Shown here one piece after another: positions 1 through 9,644 of a DNA stretch of 64,000 nucleotides. Origin of the DNA: an uncultured virus (IMG/VR IMGVR_UViG_2636415832_000002) (taxonomy: Duplodnaviria > Heunggongvirae > Uroviricota > Caudoviricetes); IMG/VR virus record IMGVR_UViG_2636415832_000002. One strand, 5' to 3'. The stretch's first letter is position 1. Each line of letters opens with the position of its first letter. The notes under the pieces were generated by a model. That model worked only from the letters and a program-made list of their open reading frames with translations, was not told the origin of the DNA and made no database searches. A program made the position numbers and the translations under genes.

Positions 1-210
1 TTATTTAACTCTAATTATTTCCATGATATCTGAGATATCACAATCTAAAGCAGTACAAATTCTGAGTAAAACGTCAGTAGTTATGTTCTCACCTTTACCT
101 AATTTAGCTATAGAAGCTGAGCTAACCCCACTAATTTTTTTTAAATCCTGTTTATTCATATTCTTGTCAATTAACATTTTCCAGAGTTTATTGTAGCTTA
201 TTCGTAACAT
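1..210 (-). CDS. Xre/Cro-C1 family HTH transcriptional regulator
   Basis: 69 aa, ISYNKLWKMLIDKNMNKQDL...SIAKLGKGENITTDVLLRICTALDCDISDIME typical of small Cro/C1 HTH; GGAGG RBS upstream. Confidence 0.9.
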   Translation of the reverse strand: MLRISYNKLWKMLIDKNMNKQDLKKISGVSSASIAKLGKGENITTDVLLRICTALDCDISDIMEIIRVK

Positions 211-244
211 TTTGCTACCTCCGTTTTACAAATTACTTTTTCGG

Positions 245-2074
245 TTATTTATATAAATCGTGTAAAAATCCATAACGACTTTCTTTATATTTACTTTTAT
301 ATTTATTATGAGTAAATTCAATCACTTTAGCACCAGCAGACTCATATTCTAAGTCTGGTAAATCTTTTGTATTTTCAATAACTATTATTTGTCCTTTAGA
401 TTGACTGTCAATAAAATATTGGAAAAGGGCTGTTCTCATACTTGTAGGAGCATTATCATTAACTCCCTGATCTAAACCAAGTAGAGGTGTATCTACTACA
501 AAAATGCTAGGCTTATAGACAGCATCTTCTTGCAAATATTGTCTAAAAGTTAAACCTAATACGGTGTTTATAAATGCCCAGTAACCTTTACCATGACTTA
601 CTTCTTTAGCTAAGCCATTTACTTCTAAATCAAAAGTCCCCATATTGAAATGAGCAGTATTCAAATTCTCATAATTGCATTCAGTTAGTATCGAATATGC
701 TATTTTATCTATACGGGAATTAAAATCTACTGGATAATGTTCCTTTGGTTTAAATTTGGGTTTTTCTAAATCCTCGTTTTGCTCCTGCTTTTGTAATTCC
801 GTAATCCAATCCTGTGAAACATTGTGTAGAACTGTTGATTCTTGTTGTAATTGTATATAAGTACGATATTGCTGAATTACATTTCTTAATTTATCTGCTT
901 GAGGAACAAGCTCAATTTCAATCCATTTTTCAATCTCGGCTCTTCGGCTTTCTAAATAGTTAATCTTTTTTTGAAGTTCATTTAAAGTTGAAACGATGTC
1001 ATTTTCGCTTTCTGTTAAACCTTGTAATTGTGCGATGATACGATTCAACTCAGCTCTCGATGCTTCAATAAAGGACTTTCTTTCTGAAGGTTTAATATTT
1101 CCATCACAAAAAGGACATTTATGGTTTGTATCTATAGTGTGTAAATGTACTTCTCCATCTACGATAAAGGTAAGTCTCTTTATATCAGCTGTATATTGGC
1201 TTTTCAGTGATTGAAAGTGCGAATGAGTTACCTTAGTTTCAGCTTCTTTTTCTTTAAAAATTAGTAAAGTACTAAGTAAATCTTTGCTTTCCTCTGTGGC
1301 AGCTACAAGGGTCTGTTCAGTTTCAGAAAGATTATCGATTAACTTTTGCATTTCTTCTTCAATATCTAAATTGCTATATTCAAATAGTGAATTTTGAAGT
1401 TCTTCTCTTTTTGTAGACAATTGAGCAATTCTACCATTTACAAATTGACGAACAGCATCCCTTTTCGCTTTGCTGATTTCATCCTTATCTTGTTCTTCCA
1501 TATTTGGATAATTATCACCTGTGAGAAGATATAGTAAGGATGAAAAAAAGTAAGGATATTGCGTAGGTGATGAAGGCAAAAGTACAGACTTTGGATTTTC
1601 GATATCCTGTTCTCTTAACCAAAAGAGCCTAGTAAGTGTATTCCATTTTAAACGTTGTCTAGCAAAATCTTGATTACTTATTATCATTGGCAGCTCATTA
1701 ATACCAATTAATTTAAGACATAGTTCATTTAAAACAGGGCGCTTATTCCCATTAGTCTTATAATCAACATCATAGTCACCACTCTCAATTGAGTTGATTT
1801 CGGTGACTACGTTTACTATATTTTTCCCAAGCTTTCGAGAAAGATGAATCGGTCCTTCTGAAGTCATAAGGTCAAGACTGACACTATTATATCCTGTTTG
1901 ATTATGTTCAAAAGGTTTATTGATAACCCCCATAGCAAATTGAATACACTTTAATACACAGGTTTTTCCGGAATCTGAAACCCCACAAATAATATTTAAT
2001 CCTTTATTGAATGTTACAGTGGAAGGAGTTTTCCCGGTGCCAGTTGCTGTAACCTTAGTTATATAAAATGTCAT
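245..2074 (-). CDS. SMC/Rad50-like ABC ATPase of an ABC-three-component (Lamassu-like) system
   Basis: Walker A GVSDSGKT, long coiled coils with central CPFC zinc-hook-like motif, Walker B-like IFVVDTP. Confidence 0.8.
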   Translation of the reverse strand: MTFYITKVTATGTGKTPSTVTFNKGLNIICGVSDSGKTCVLKCIQFAMGVINKPFEHNQTGYNSVSLDLMTSEGPIHLSRKLGKNIVNVVTEINSIESGDYDVDYKTNGNKRPVLNELCLKLIGINELPMIISNQDFARQRLKWNTLTRLFWLREQDIENPKSVLLPSSPTQYPYFFSSLLYLLTGDNYPNMEEQDKDEISKAKRDAVRQFVNGRIAQLSTKREELQNSLFEYSNLDIEEEMQKLIDNLSETEQTLVAATEESKDLLSTLLIFKEKEAETKVTHSHFQSLKSQYTADIKRLTFIVDGEVHLHTIDTNHKCPFCDGNIKPSERKSFIEASRAELNRIIAQLQGLTESENDIVSTLNELQKKINYLESRRAEIEKWIEIELVPQADKLRNVIQQYRTYIQLQQESTVLHNVSQDWITELQKQEQNEDLEKPKFKPKEHYPVDFNSRIDKIAYSILTECNYENLNTAHFNMGTFDLEVNGLAKEVSHGKGYWAFINTVLGLTFRQYLQEDAVYKPSIFVVDTPLLGLDQGVNDNAPTSMRTALFQYFIDSQSKGQIIVIENTKDLPDLEYESAGAKVIEFTHNKYKSKYKESRYGFLHDLYK

Positions 2075-2080
2075 TTGGGA

Positions 2081-2533
2081 TTACTCCTTCCATAGTGATT
2101 TAGATGCTGCTTGTCCGAATAAGTTGAGAAGTTCTTTGTCGTTTTTAGAATCCATATATGTGAGGGCTTTCTTGGCATATATTCTATATTCAGTTGCGTA
2201 ATCTGAAGTTAGGGAACTACATAATGTTTGACCACGGTTCGAAATAAAGTATTGAAAGCCGTCTTTTGAGTATGAAACTTTTATCATATTTTCAAGGACT
2301 AGATTCTTTATAGCGCCTTGTGCTAATAATCTCCTGGCGGAAAATTCAGAAAAGCTAAATTCATTATCTCCGTGAAGATTACTGTCCGATAGTCCAATTT
2401 CCTTTGAATAATTTGAAATGAAATCTGCTGTAACAAGGTCATCTAATGTACGGTTTTTATTTTTGGATAAAGATAGGACAAGTAATAACCTCAACGACAT
2501 TTCAAATTCAGTGTTAAAAATTTTATTATTCAT
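2081..2533 (-). CDS. ABC-three-component system middle component
   Basis: 150 aa, FNTEFEMSLRLLLVL...DFISNY...NLHGDN pattern; lies between CTD protein and ABC ATPase. Confidence 0.7.
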   Translation of the reverse strand: MNNKIFNTEFEMSLRLLLVLSLSKNKNRTLDDLVTADFISNYSKEIGLSDSNLHGDNEFSFSEFSARRLLAQGAIKNLVLENMIKVSYSKDGFQYFISNRGQTLCSSLTSDYATEYRIYAKKALTYMDSKNDKELLNLFGQAASKSLWKE

Positions 2534-3527
2534 CTTCGTCTACCCAGCGAACACTACCGTCATTTGCCAATAAGTGACAGGTTCCTTTCTTTTCTTTTGG
2601 TCCTACGAGATTTTGTATGTTGCTTACAATTGATGTAGTGGAGCAATCTACTACTTTTTTCATCACTGTTACTAATCTCTTGTAACCATTATCATAGTCA
2701 TCCCATAGAGTGTCTTTAATATAATCGAACGTTTCGGATTTCCACTTTTCTGCATGTACTTCTCCTTTTTCAAAAGACTCACGAAGAAAACGATCAATGC
2801 GTACAGCACTATAATAGTTGATTCGTTGGTCAGAGAAATTCCTCTTATATTTTTGTGGAAGAGAATCCAAATCGGATTTTGTGAGTTCCTTACAATTCAC
2901 GGCATCTGCATAGGCAGCTAGAAGTTCACTGACGTAAATTTCTTCTTCTGGAGCAATATCTTGTGGTGGCTCTAGTTCTTTCGGAATAGAAATCTCTATG
3001 TTTCCAATATGTAATTTTCCGTCCGATTCATCGTAGTAGATAGTTTGTACAGGAAAGAATGTTAATTTTTGAGTGGGACTCAAGTTATTAGAAACTATAG
3101 CACTAGATGTTTCTCTACCCTCATAAATATCATTTAAAATTTGAAGAAATAAATCAGCGCAAGCATAACCTAAATTATCAATGGAGTTGAAATCTGGAAT
3201 CATTGTTTTGATTTCATCTTCAATTGCCATTTGATTATGCCCATTAAATCCGTTTATATATTTTGCAAATTTATCCGTATCTTTACGGCTTATAACTTTA
3301 CGTACCTTCTTCTGATTTAAAGGGTTTGTTCCTTTAAATAGCCTGTTCAACGAATCTGGAACAAGGGTGCTAAAAGGGTTATATTTATCGTTTTCAGATA
3401 GCATTATTTCTTCAGGGGATTGTGGATTTCTCATAATATTGTCGAAAAGTGACAGAAAAAATTCATGTGACTTATATGAATTGTCACTATGTTTAAATAG
3501 TATATTCGCAAATTCACTAAAGAGCAT
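2526..3527 (-). CDS. ABC-three-component system effector/CTD protein with HTH-like N-terminal domain
   Basis: First gene of the operon; C-terminal helical domain (EEEIYVSELLAAY...QRINYYSA...KKGTCHLLANDG.VRWV) resembles ABC-3C CTDs; overlaps the next gene. Confidence 0.65.
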   Translation of the reverse strand: MLFSEFANILFKHSDNSYKSHEFFLSLFDNIMRNPQSPEEIMLSENDKYNPFSTLVPDSLNRLFKGTNPLNQKKVRKVISRKDTDKFAKYINGFNGHNQMAIEDEIKTMIPDFNSIDNLGYACADLFLQILNDIYEGRETSSAIVSNNLSPTQKLTFFPVQTIYYDESDGKLHIGNIEISIPKELEPPQDIAPEEEIYVSELLAAYADAVNCKELTKSDLDSLPQKYKRNFSDQRINYYSAVRIDRFLRESFEKGEVHAEKWKSETFDYIKDTLWDDYDNGYKRLVTVMKKVVDCSTTSIVSNIQNLVGPKEKKGTCHLLANDGSVRWVDEDE

Positions 3528-3549
3528 AATCTGTCACCTCTAACCATGT

Positions 3550-3585
3550 TTCCGAATCGTTCCAAACTTTTCCGAGTCCTTCCGA
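3550..3585. repeat. Four TTCCRA hexamers at exact 10-bp spacing
   Basis: TTCCGA 3550, TTCCAA 3560, TTCCGA 3570, TTCCGA 3580. Confidence 0.8.
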
Positions 3586-3760
3586 AATGGAAGGATTTTT
3601 TTTTATACAATTTTTTTAGATATTGAGTGATATGAAAAATTCAAGAGTAAATTAGTCTATTTAAATTATATCACGTAAATTGACACTTAACTAGAAGTGA
3701 AAATTTATGAATGCAGAGATTTTAATAGCGTTCAATGAGTTTTTCTTTTAAAAAATATCA

Positions 3761-3952
3761 AATGCCTGATTTGCAATAAGGGCAAAGGATACATATTGCT
3801 ACGTTTCAGTCCGTTTAGGATTGTTATGCGTTGCAATAGAAGTACCTTACCTTGTTGCGCTCATTTTCAGGACAAAGGGTCTGTGTACTTCGAGGCACAG
3901 ACCTATTTTTGTATCCTTTGCCGCCAATGCAGTCCGGCGGAAAGGATGCAAA
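3761..3952 (+). promoter_or_regulatory. Structured 5' leader with alternative pairings over the RBS of the sigma-like gene
   Basis: GGCAAAGGATACA (3781-3793) is the exact reverse complement of TGTATCCTTTGCC (3910-3922), which can alternatively pair with GGCGGAAAGGATGCAAAA (3936-3953) containing the RBS. Confidence 0.6.
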
Positions 3953-4486
3953 ATGAAAATTAGAATTATGTACGACAACAAACCTACCTATTTGGAGGTA
4001 CCAGACGAGGACTTTACCTTAATGATTGATGCAGATTACGAGGACAGGCTATCCTGTGCCGAAGATAAGGAAACGGTAACTCGCCGTTCGCCACAGGAGA
4101 TTATGGACGAGCGTTTTAACAAGCCCGACTACAATAACTGGCACAAGTTTGATAGAAACAGAGGGATGCCGAAAAAACCATTCCGTAAGGACAACGAATC
4201 AGAGGATGCAACGGATCATATGGACTATCTTCCAGATAACACCCATGAAGTGGCTCGGAATAAAAAGGAAGATTATGAATATTACTGTGAGATTATTCGT
4301 TCTATTCTTAAGCCGAAACATTCAGAACCTTTTATTGCTGTATATCTTGATGGCATGACAATGACCGAGTATGCAGAGCGTGAAGGTGTCAGTAAAAGTG
4401 CCATATCACATCGCTTGGCTACCGCTAAGAAGAATTTAAAAAAAGTTTTTCCTGAATCCTCAACTTTCCCCTCTTGCCACGGCTAA
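3953..4486 (+). CDS. Sigma-70 region-4-like DNA-binding regulator (phage sigma-like factor)
   Basis: C-terminal DGMTMTEYAEREGVSKSAISHRLATAKKNLKK; ATG 3953 preceded by AAAGGA, preferred over TTG 3821. Confidence 0.8.
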   Translation: MKIRIMYDNKPTYLEVPDEDFTLMIDADYEDRLSCAEDKETVTRRSPQEIMDERFNKPDYNNWHKFDRNRGMPKKPFRKDNESEDATDHMDYLPDNTHEVARNKKEDYEYYCEIIRSILKPKHSEPFIAVYLDGMTMTEYAEREGVSKSAISHRLATAKKNLKKVFPESSTFPSCHG

Positions 4487-4497
4487 TAGATAGAGGG
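4455..4497 (+). promoter_or_regulatory. Bipartite motif copy 1 (AATCCTCAAC-N16-GGCTAATAGATAGAGGG)
   Basis: Same motif and spacing at 10918 and 43816; upstream of replication operon. Confidence 0.7.
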
Positions 4498-4532
4498 CAG
4501 TACATAAACGCTCTCGGAAAGAGGTGAAGAAC

Positions 4533-4751
4533 ATGAAACACAACTTGAAAATCAGTGTTTCAAAAACTCCACAGTCTGGCGGGATTGTAACTTGCCGTAA
4601 TGTCACCATAAGGGAGCGCTTCCTTCGTTTCTTACTTGGTGATAAGCAGAAGCTGACTATTCTTGTTCCGGGTGACACCGTACAGGAACTCGCCATCAGT
4701 GAGATTAAGGAGGGGGGATTAAACCATGAGCAAAATCAAACTACTTCTTGA
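4533..4751 (+). CDS. Conserved phage hypothetical protein
   Basis: ORF with GAGGTG RBS, overlapping next gene. Confidence 0.7.
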   Translation: MKHNLKISVSKTPQSGGIVTCRNVTIRERFLRFLLGDKQKLTILVPGDTVQELAISEIKEGGLNHEQNQTTS

Positions 4752-5049
4752 TGTGGTTTCTGATATGCGCTCTTTGGCAGACAGCATACAAGCGGTTGCT
4801 GATGCAATGGCGGGTAGTGAGCCTGTCGAAGCAAAAGAACCGACCACAACTGTAAAAGAGCCAGAACCAAAGAAAAAGGAAATCACTCTAGAGGAAGTCA
4901 GAGCAAAACTCGCTGAGAAGAGTCAAGCTGGTCTTACTGACCAAGTGAGAGAAATCATCCAAAAATACGGTGGCTCTAAATTAAGCGAAGTTGACCCGAA
5001 ACATTATGCAGATATGTTGAAAGATGCGGAGGTACTAGGTAATGAGTGA
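4726..5049 (+). CDS. Phage protein typically preceding DUF2800
   Basis: C-terminal ITLEEVRAKLAEKSQAG...KYGGSKLSEVDPKHY pattern; strong RBS. Confidence 0.75.
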   Translation: MSKIKLLLDVVSDMRSLADSIQAVADAMAGSEPVEAKEPTTTVKEPEPKKKEITLEEVRAKLAEKSQAGLTDQVREIIQKYGGSKLSEVDPKHYADMLKDAEVLGNE

Positions 5050-6178
5050 TCACGCAGTACTTTCCGCATCGGGGTCCCATAGGTGGCTTAATTGCCTTCC
5101 TTCTGCAAGATTGGAACTGGAATTTGAAAATAGTGAATCCAATGCAGCCGCTGAAGGTACCGCCGCTCATGCTCTCTGTGAACATAAACTTAAAAAAGCA
5201 CTTCACATGAGAAGTAAACGGCCAGTCTCGGTGTATAACTCTGATGAAATGGAAGAACACAGCGATGCCTATGTGGAATTTGTAATGGAGCAGCTGGGAC
5301 TGGCAAGGCAAAGCTGTACGGACCCGTTAATACTTATTGAACAACGTCTTGATTTTTCTTGCTATGTACCCCAGGGGTTCGGAACTGGTGATTGCATCAT
5401 TATTGGCGATAAAAAGCTTCATATTATCGATTTTAAGTATGGCATGGGAGTGTTAGTAGATGCAGTGGAAAACCCGCAGATGAAATTGTATGCCCTTGGT
5501 GCTTTAGAAATCTACGATAGCTTGTACGATATCGAGGAGGTTTCCATGACCATCTTCCAACCCCGCAGGGAAAATGTCAGCACATGGACAATCCCGGTAA
5601 AGGAATTAAAGGACTGGGCAGAAAATGAACTGAAACCAAAGGCGAAAAAGGCCTATGACGGTGAAGGTGAATATCTGACCGGTGAGTGGTGTACTTTCTG
5701 CCGAGCGGCTGTTAAATGCCGTGCAAGGGCTGAAGAAAAGCTGAAATTAGCACAGATGGAGTTTAAACTGCCACCCCTACTTCTGGACTCCGAAATTGAA
5801 GAAGTTCTTTCTAAACTGTCTGACCTTACAAAGTGGGCAAATGAAATCATTGCTTATGCCACGGATGCTGCTGTTAATCACGGGAAAGAGTGGCACGGTT
5901 TTAAGGTAGTCGAGGGCAGGTCTATCCGTAAATATAAAGACGAAGAGGCTGTGGCTGAAGTAGCCAAGGCAAATGGCTATAAGGATATCTATCGTCAGAG
6001 TCTCATTACCCTTACGGAAATGCAGAAGCTGATGGGTAAAAAGAAATTTGAGCAAATTCTCGGTGGTCTTATACATAAACCACCGGGCAAGCCAACGCTG
6101 GTTCCAAATTCGGATAAGCGACCAGCTATGAATATATCAAATGTAAAAAACGAATTTAATGAAATTACGGAGGGATAG
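5042..6178 (+). CDS. DUF2800 family PD-(D/E)XK/Cas4-like nuclease
   Basis: HAVLSASGSHRWLNC, GTAAH, FGTGDCII, IIDFKYG, CTFCRAAVKC. Confidence 0.85.
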   Translation: MSDHAVLSASGSHRWLNCLPSARLELEFENSESNAAAEGTAAHALCEHKLKKALHMRSKRPVSVYNSDEMEEHSDAYVEFVMEQLGLARQSCTDPLILIEQRLDFSCYVPQGFGTGDCIIIGDKKLHIIDFKYGMGVLVDAVENPQMKLYALGALEIYDSLYDIEEVSMTIFQPRRENVSTWTIPVKELKDWAENELKPKAKKAYDGEGEYLTGEWCTFCRAAVKCRARAEEKLKLAQMEFKLPPLLLDSEIEEVLSKLSDLTKWANEIIAYATDAAVNHGKEWHGFKVVEGRSIRKYKDEEAVAEVAKANGYKDIYRQSLITLTEMQKLMGKKKFEQILGGLIHKPPGKPTLVPNSDKRPAMNISNVKNEFNEITEG

Positions 6179-6182
6179 GAAT

Positions 6183-6731
6183 ATGAATAATCAAAATAAA
6201 ACTAAGGTTGTTACAAGCGTTAACACACGACTCAGCTACTTTCATGGCTGGGAGCCCGTATCCATCAATGGCGGGGCGGAAAAATACAGCGTATCCGTAT
6301 TGATTCCAAAAACAGATAAGGAAACCATCAATGCTATCAATGCAGCCGTAGATGCAGCCATTGAAGAGGGCATTGCAAAGTTTGGTGGTAAAAAGCCGAA
6401 TAAGGCGGCTATCAAACTGCCACTTCGTGATGGTGATGTAGAACGTGATGATGAGGCTTATAAAGGGCATTATTTTGTAAATGCCAACAGCAAGACTCCA
6501 CCCCAAATAGTAGATAAAGCAGTCAGACCTATCTTGGAACGCAACGAGGTGTACAGTGGTTGTTATGCAAGAGTATCCCTAAATTTCTACGCTTTTAACT
6601 CTAATGGCAATAAGGGTGTAGCTTGTGGTCTTGGCAACATCCAAAAGATAAGAGATGGGGAGCCTTTAGGTGGAAGAACCAATGCAGCTGATGATTTCAC
6701 AACGATTGAAGATGATGATTTTCTAGCATAA
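6183..6731 (+). CDS. DUF2815 family ssDNA-binding protein
   Basis: RLSY...KYSVSVLIPK...PLRDGD...YSGCYAR...GLGNIQKIRDGEPLGG and acidic tail DDDFLA. Confidence 0.85.
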   Translation: MNNQNKTKVVTSVNTRLSYFHGWEPVSINGGAEKYSVSVLIPKTDKETINAINAAVDAAIEEGIAKFGGKKPNKAAIKLPLRDGDVERDDEAYKGHYFVNANSKTPPQIVDKAVRPILERNEVYSGCYARVSLNFYAFNSNGNKGVACGLGNIQKIRDGEPLGGRTNAADDFTTIEDDDFLA

Positions 6732-6744
6732 GGAATAAATACAG

Positions 6745-6781
6745 ATGAGGTGGTGGAGGTTGTTCTTCTGCCACCTCGTTT
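6745..6781 (+). terminator. Stem-loop between SSB and DNA polymerase genes
   Basis: GAGGTGGTGGAG pairs with TTCTGCCACCTC. Confidence 0.45.
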
Positions 6782-6803
6782 GCATTGGAAAGGGTGGTAA
6801 TAC

Positions 6804-8738
6804 ATGAACTCTATTTCTATTGACATTGAAACATTTAGTGGCGCCAATCTTCAAAAATCTGGAGTTTACCGTTATGCCGAGAGTGATGACTTTGAAATTC
6901 TACTATTTGGCTACTCGGTGGATGGCGGTGAAGTACAGGTGGTTGACCTTGCTTGCGGGGAGGAAATCCCCGATGAAATTATAAACGCACTTTTGGATGA
7001 TTCCGTTACCAAATGGGCTTTTAATGCAATGTTTGAGCGTGTGTGTCTATCAAAATGGCTTAACCTTACAGAATATCTTGACCCCGCATCCTGGAAATGC
7101 TCCATGATATGGTCGGCATATATGGGGTTACCACTTTCTTTGGAGGGAGTTGGGGCGGTTCTAGGTTTGGAGAAACAAAAGCTAACAGAGGGTAAAGACC
7201 TCATCAAATATTTCTGTACACCTTGCTCCCCTACTAAATCAAATGGTGGTCGAGTTCGTAATCTGCCAGAACATGACATGGATAAATGGGAGCGGTTTAA
7301 AGCCTATAATCTTCGGGATGTGGAAGCTGAGATGTCAATACAACAGAGATTTTCTAAGTTTCTGGTGCCGGAAAATATCTGGGAGGAATATCATCTCGAC
7401 CAGGAAATCAATGATCGCGGCATTGCCATTGACATGACTTTCGTAAAACAGGCTGTTGTGATGGATGAACATTCCCGTGAAAAGTTAATGGCTTTAATGC
7501 AAGATATAACCAATTTAGAGAATCCAAACTCTGTACAACAAATGAAAGACTGGCTTGCCGATAATGGGCTAGAAACAGATACCCTTGGTAAAAAAGCAGT
7601 TGCTGAGATGCTAAAGACGGCTCCTGAACCACTAGGAACTGTTTTAGAACTCCGTCAGCAACTTGCAAAATCCTCGGTGAAAAAATACACGGCAATGGAG
7701 AATGCGGTATGTAATGATGGTCGGGCAAGAGGAATGTTTCAGTTTTATGGTGCCAACAGAACTGGTAGGTTTTCGGGCAGGCTTATTCAACTGCAAAATC
7801 TCCCTCAAAACCATATGCCCGATTTGGAACAGGCTCGTGCTTTAGTTCGTAGCGGAAACTTTGATGCTCTTACCTTACTTTATGATTCAATCCCAGAGGT
7901 ACTGTCGGAACTTATCCGTACCGCTTTTATACCACGAGAAGGTATGAAGTTCATTGTGGCAGATTTTTCAGCGATTGAGGCTCGTGTCATTGCCTGGCTA
8001 GCAGGCGAAAAATGGAGAATAGACGTTTTCCAAAACGGCGGAGACATCTACTGTGCCAGTGCTTCTCAAATGTTTAATGTACCTGTTGAAAAGCATGGTG
8101 TGAATGGCCATCTTCGTCAGAAAGGAAAAATTGCTGAACTAGCCCTAGGTTACGGAGGATCTGTTGGAGCGTTGAAATCAATGGGTGCTTTGGAGATGGG
8201 AATTGAAGAAGAGGAACTTCAACCTCTTGTAATGGCTTGGAGACAATCCAATCCCAATATTACAAAATTATGGTGGGATGTTGACCGCGCTGTAAAAACC
8301 TGTGTTAAGCAGAAAACTCCTACAGAAACACACGGTATTAAATTTATATATCAAAGCGGAATGCTCTTTATTGTCCTTCCTTCCGGCAGGCGGCTTTCCT
8401 ATGTGAAACCTCGTATGGGAGAGAATATGTTTGGCGGTGAGTCGGTTACTTATGAAGGGGTCGGTGGGACGAAAAAATGGGATAGAATCGAAAGCTATGG
8501 ACCCAAATTTGTAGAGAATATTGTTCAGGCAATCAGTCGTGACATCTTGTGTCATGCCATGCAGACATTAAAGAATTGTTCCATTGTGGCTCATGTACAC
8601 GATGAAATTATCATCGAGGCAGATATGGGGACGTCACTTTCCGCTATCTGTGAACAGATGGCTAAGATACCAACATGGGCAAATGGCCTGTTGCTTAGTG
8701 CTGATGGTTATGAGTGTCAGTTTTATCAAAAAGATTAA
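6804..8738 (+). CDS. Phage family A DNA polymerase
   Basis: Exonuclease DIET; motifs DFSAIEARV, RQKGKIAELALGYGG, HVHDEII. Confidence 0.92.
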   Translation: MNSISIDIETFSGANLQKSGVYRYAESDDFEILLFGYSVDGGEVQVVDLACGEEIPDEIINALLDDSVTKWAFNAMFERVCLSKWLNLTEYLDPASWKCSMIWSAYMGLPLSLEGVGAVLGLEKQKLTEGKDLIKYFCTPCSPTKSNGGRVRNLPEHDMDKWERFKAYNLRDVEAEMSIQQRFSKFLVPENIWEEYHLDQEINDRGIAIDMTFVKQAVVMDEHSREKLMALMQDITNLENPNSVQQMKDWLADNGLETDTLGKKAVAEMLKTAPEPLGTVLELRQQLAKSSVKKYTAMENAVCNDGRARGMFQFYGANRTGRFSGRLIQLQNLPQNHMPDLEQARALVRSGNFDALTLLYDSIPEVLSELIRTAFIPREGMKFIVADFSAIEARVIAWLAGEKWRIDVFQNGGDIYCASASQMFNVPVEKHGVNGHLRQKGKIAELALGYGGSVGALKSMGALEMGIEEEELQPLVMAWRQSNPNITKLWWDVDRAVKTCVKQKTPTETHGIKFIYQSGMLFIVLPSGRRLSYVKPRMGENMFGGESVTYEGVGGTKKWDRIESYGPKFVENIVQAISRDILCHAMQTLKNCSIVAHVHDEIIIEADMGTSLSAICEQMAKIPTWANGLLLSADGYECQFYQKD

Positions 8739-9022
8739 ATTAATTGGTAATCGGATAATCGTGTGGGAGGAGGTTAAAAGACCTTCAATTTTTAAATAAT
8801 GAAAACAGGATAGCACTTATTTTATGACCGGTACGTGCTATCTTGTTTGTTTAATAAACGCTCCATTTTTGTGGAATAAAGGGTTAAAATTCGAATCTTG
8901 AAGAAATATAGTGAAAGAACCGATTTTGACTCCTCTCTCTATAAAGTTAATAATAAATCAAGGGGTAAGACTAAATCTATTAAAAACAAATGGGACAATA
9001 ATTGATACATCGACCGATTAGC

Positions 9023-9622
9023 TTAATTGATTTTATTGCAGAGTGTCTCTAAATGATAACGAATAACTTCCTTCACCTTTTCTGGAGAGTATACATCAGG
9101 TCTTAATAAAGCATGAATCGACAATCCCTCTATTAATGCCGTTAACCTACTCTTTTCTAATTCTGCATTCATTGAATCTGATAATACGCCTTTTAGAGCT
9201 AAGATTTCAATCATTGAATTTGCTAATTCATATGTACCGTCCGTCATTTCATCTTTTTTGTCCCTTATTGTATCACTTGTAAGTGAACGTAATGCAAGAA
9301 TCCACCAAACACTCGTTTCAATTTTCTTTTCTTCATCTATTGGTACTAGCTCTAATAAAACTTCTTCTACTGCCTGCACTGGGTTTTCTGACCATTCTTT
9401 ATTTTGAGAACGCTTTTTCCCTTCTTCTAAGTAGTAATTCATAATAAATAATAACATTTCATCTTGAGTTGAAAAATAATGTCTTAACGCACCAGAAGAT
9501 ATCCCTGCCTCAGCTGCAACTCTTCGTATAGACGCTTTCTCAACCCCTTCTTTCCTAATAATATTCCATGCAGCCTCAGCAATTTGTTTGCGCTTTTCAT
9601 CATGATCAACAATTTTTGGCAT
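9023..9622 (-). CDS. TetR/AcrR family regulator (BetI-like)
   Basis: MPKIVDHDEKRKQIAEAAW...SIRRVAAEAGISSGALRHYF. Confidence 0.9.
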   Translation of the reverse strand: MPKIVDHDEKRKQIAEAAWNIIRKEGVEKASIRRVAAEAGISSGALRHYFSTQDEMLLFIMNYYLEEGKKRSQNKEWSENPVQAVEEVLLELVPIDEEKKIETSVWWILALRSLTSDTIRDKKDEMTDGTYELANSMIEILALKGVLSDSMNAELEKSRLTALIEGLSIHALLRPDVYSPEKVKEVIRYHLETLCNKIN

Positions 9623-9644
9623 TATAAAAATCACTTCCTTTATT

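Noticed and set aside
3821..3952. 44-aa N-terminal extension of the sigma-like ORF from TTG 3821
   Set aside because: Runs through the structured leader; ATG 3953 has the better RBS. A regulatory upstream start cannot be fully excluded
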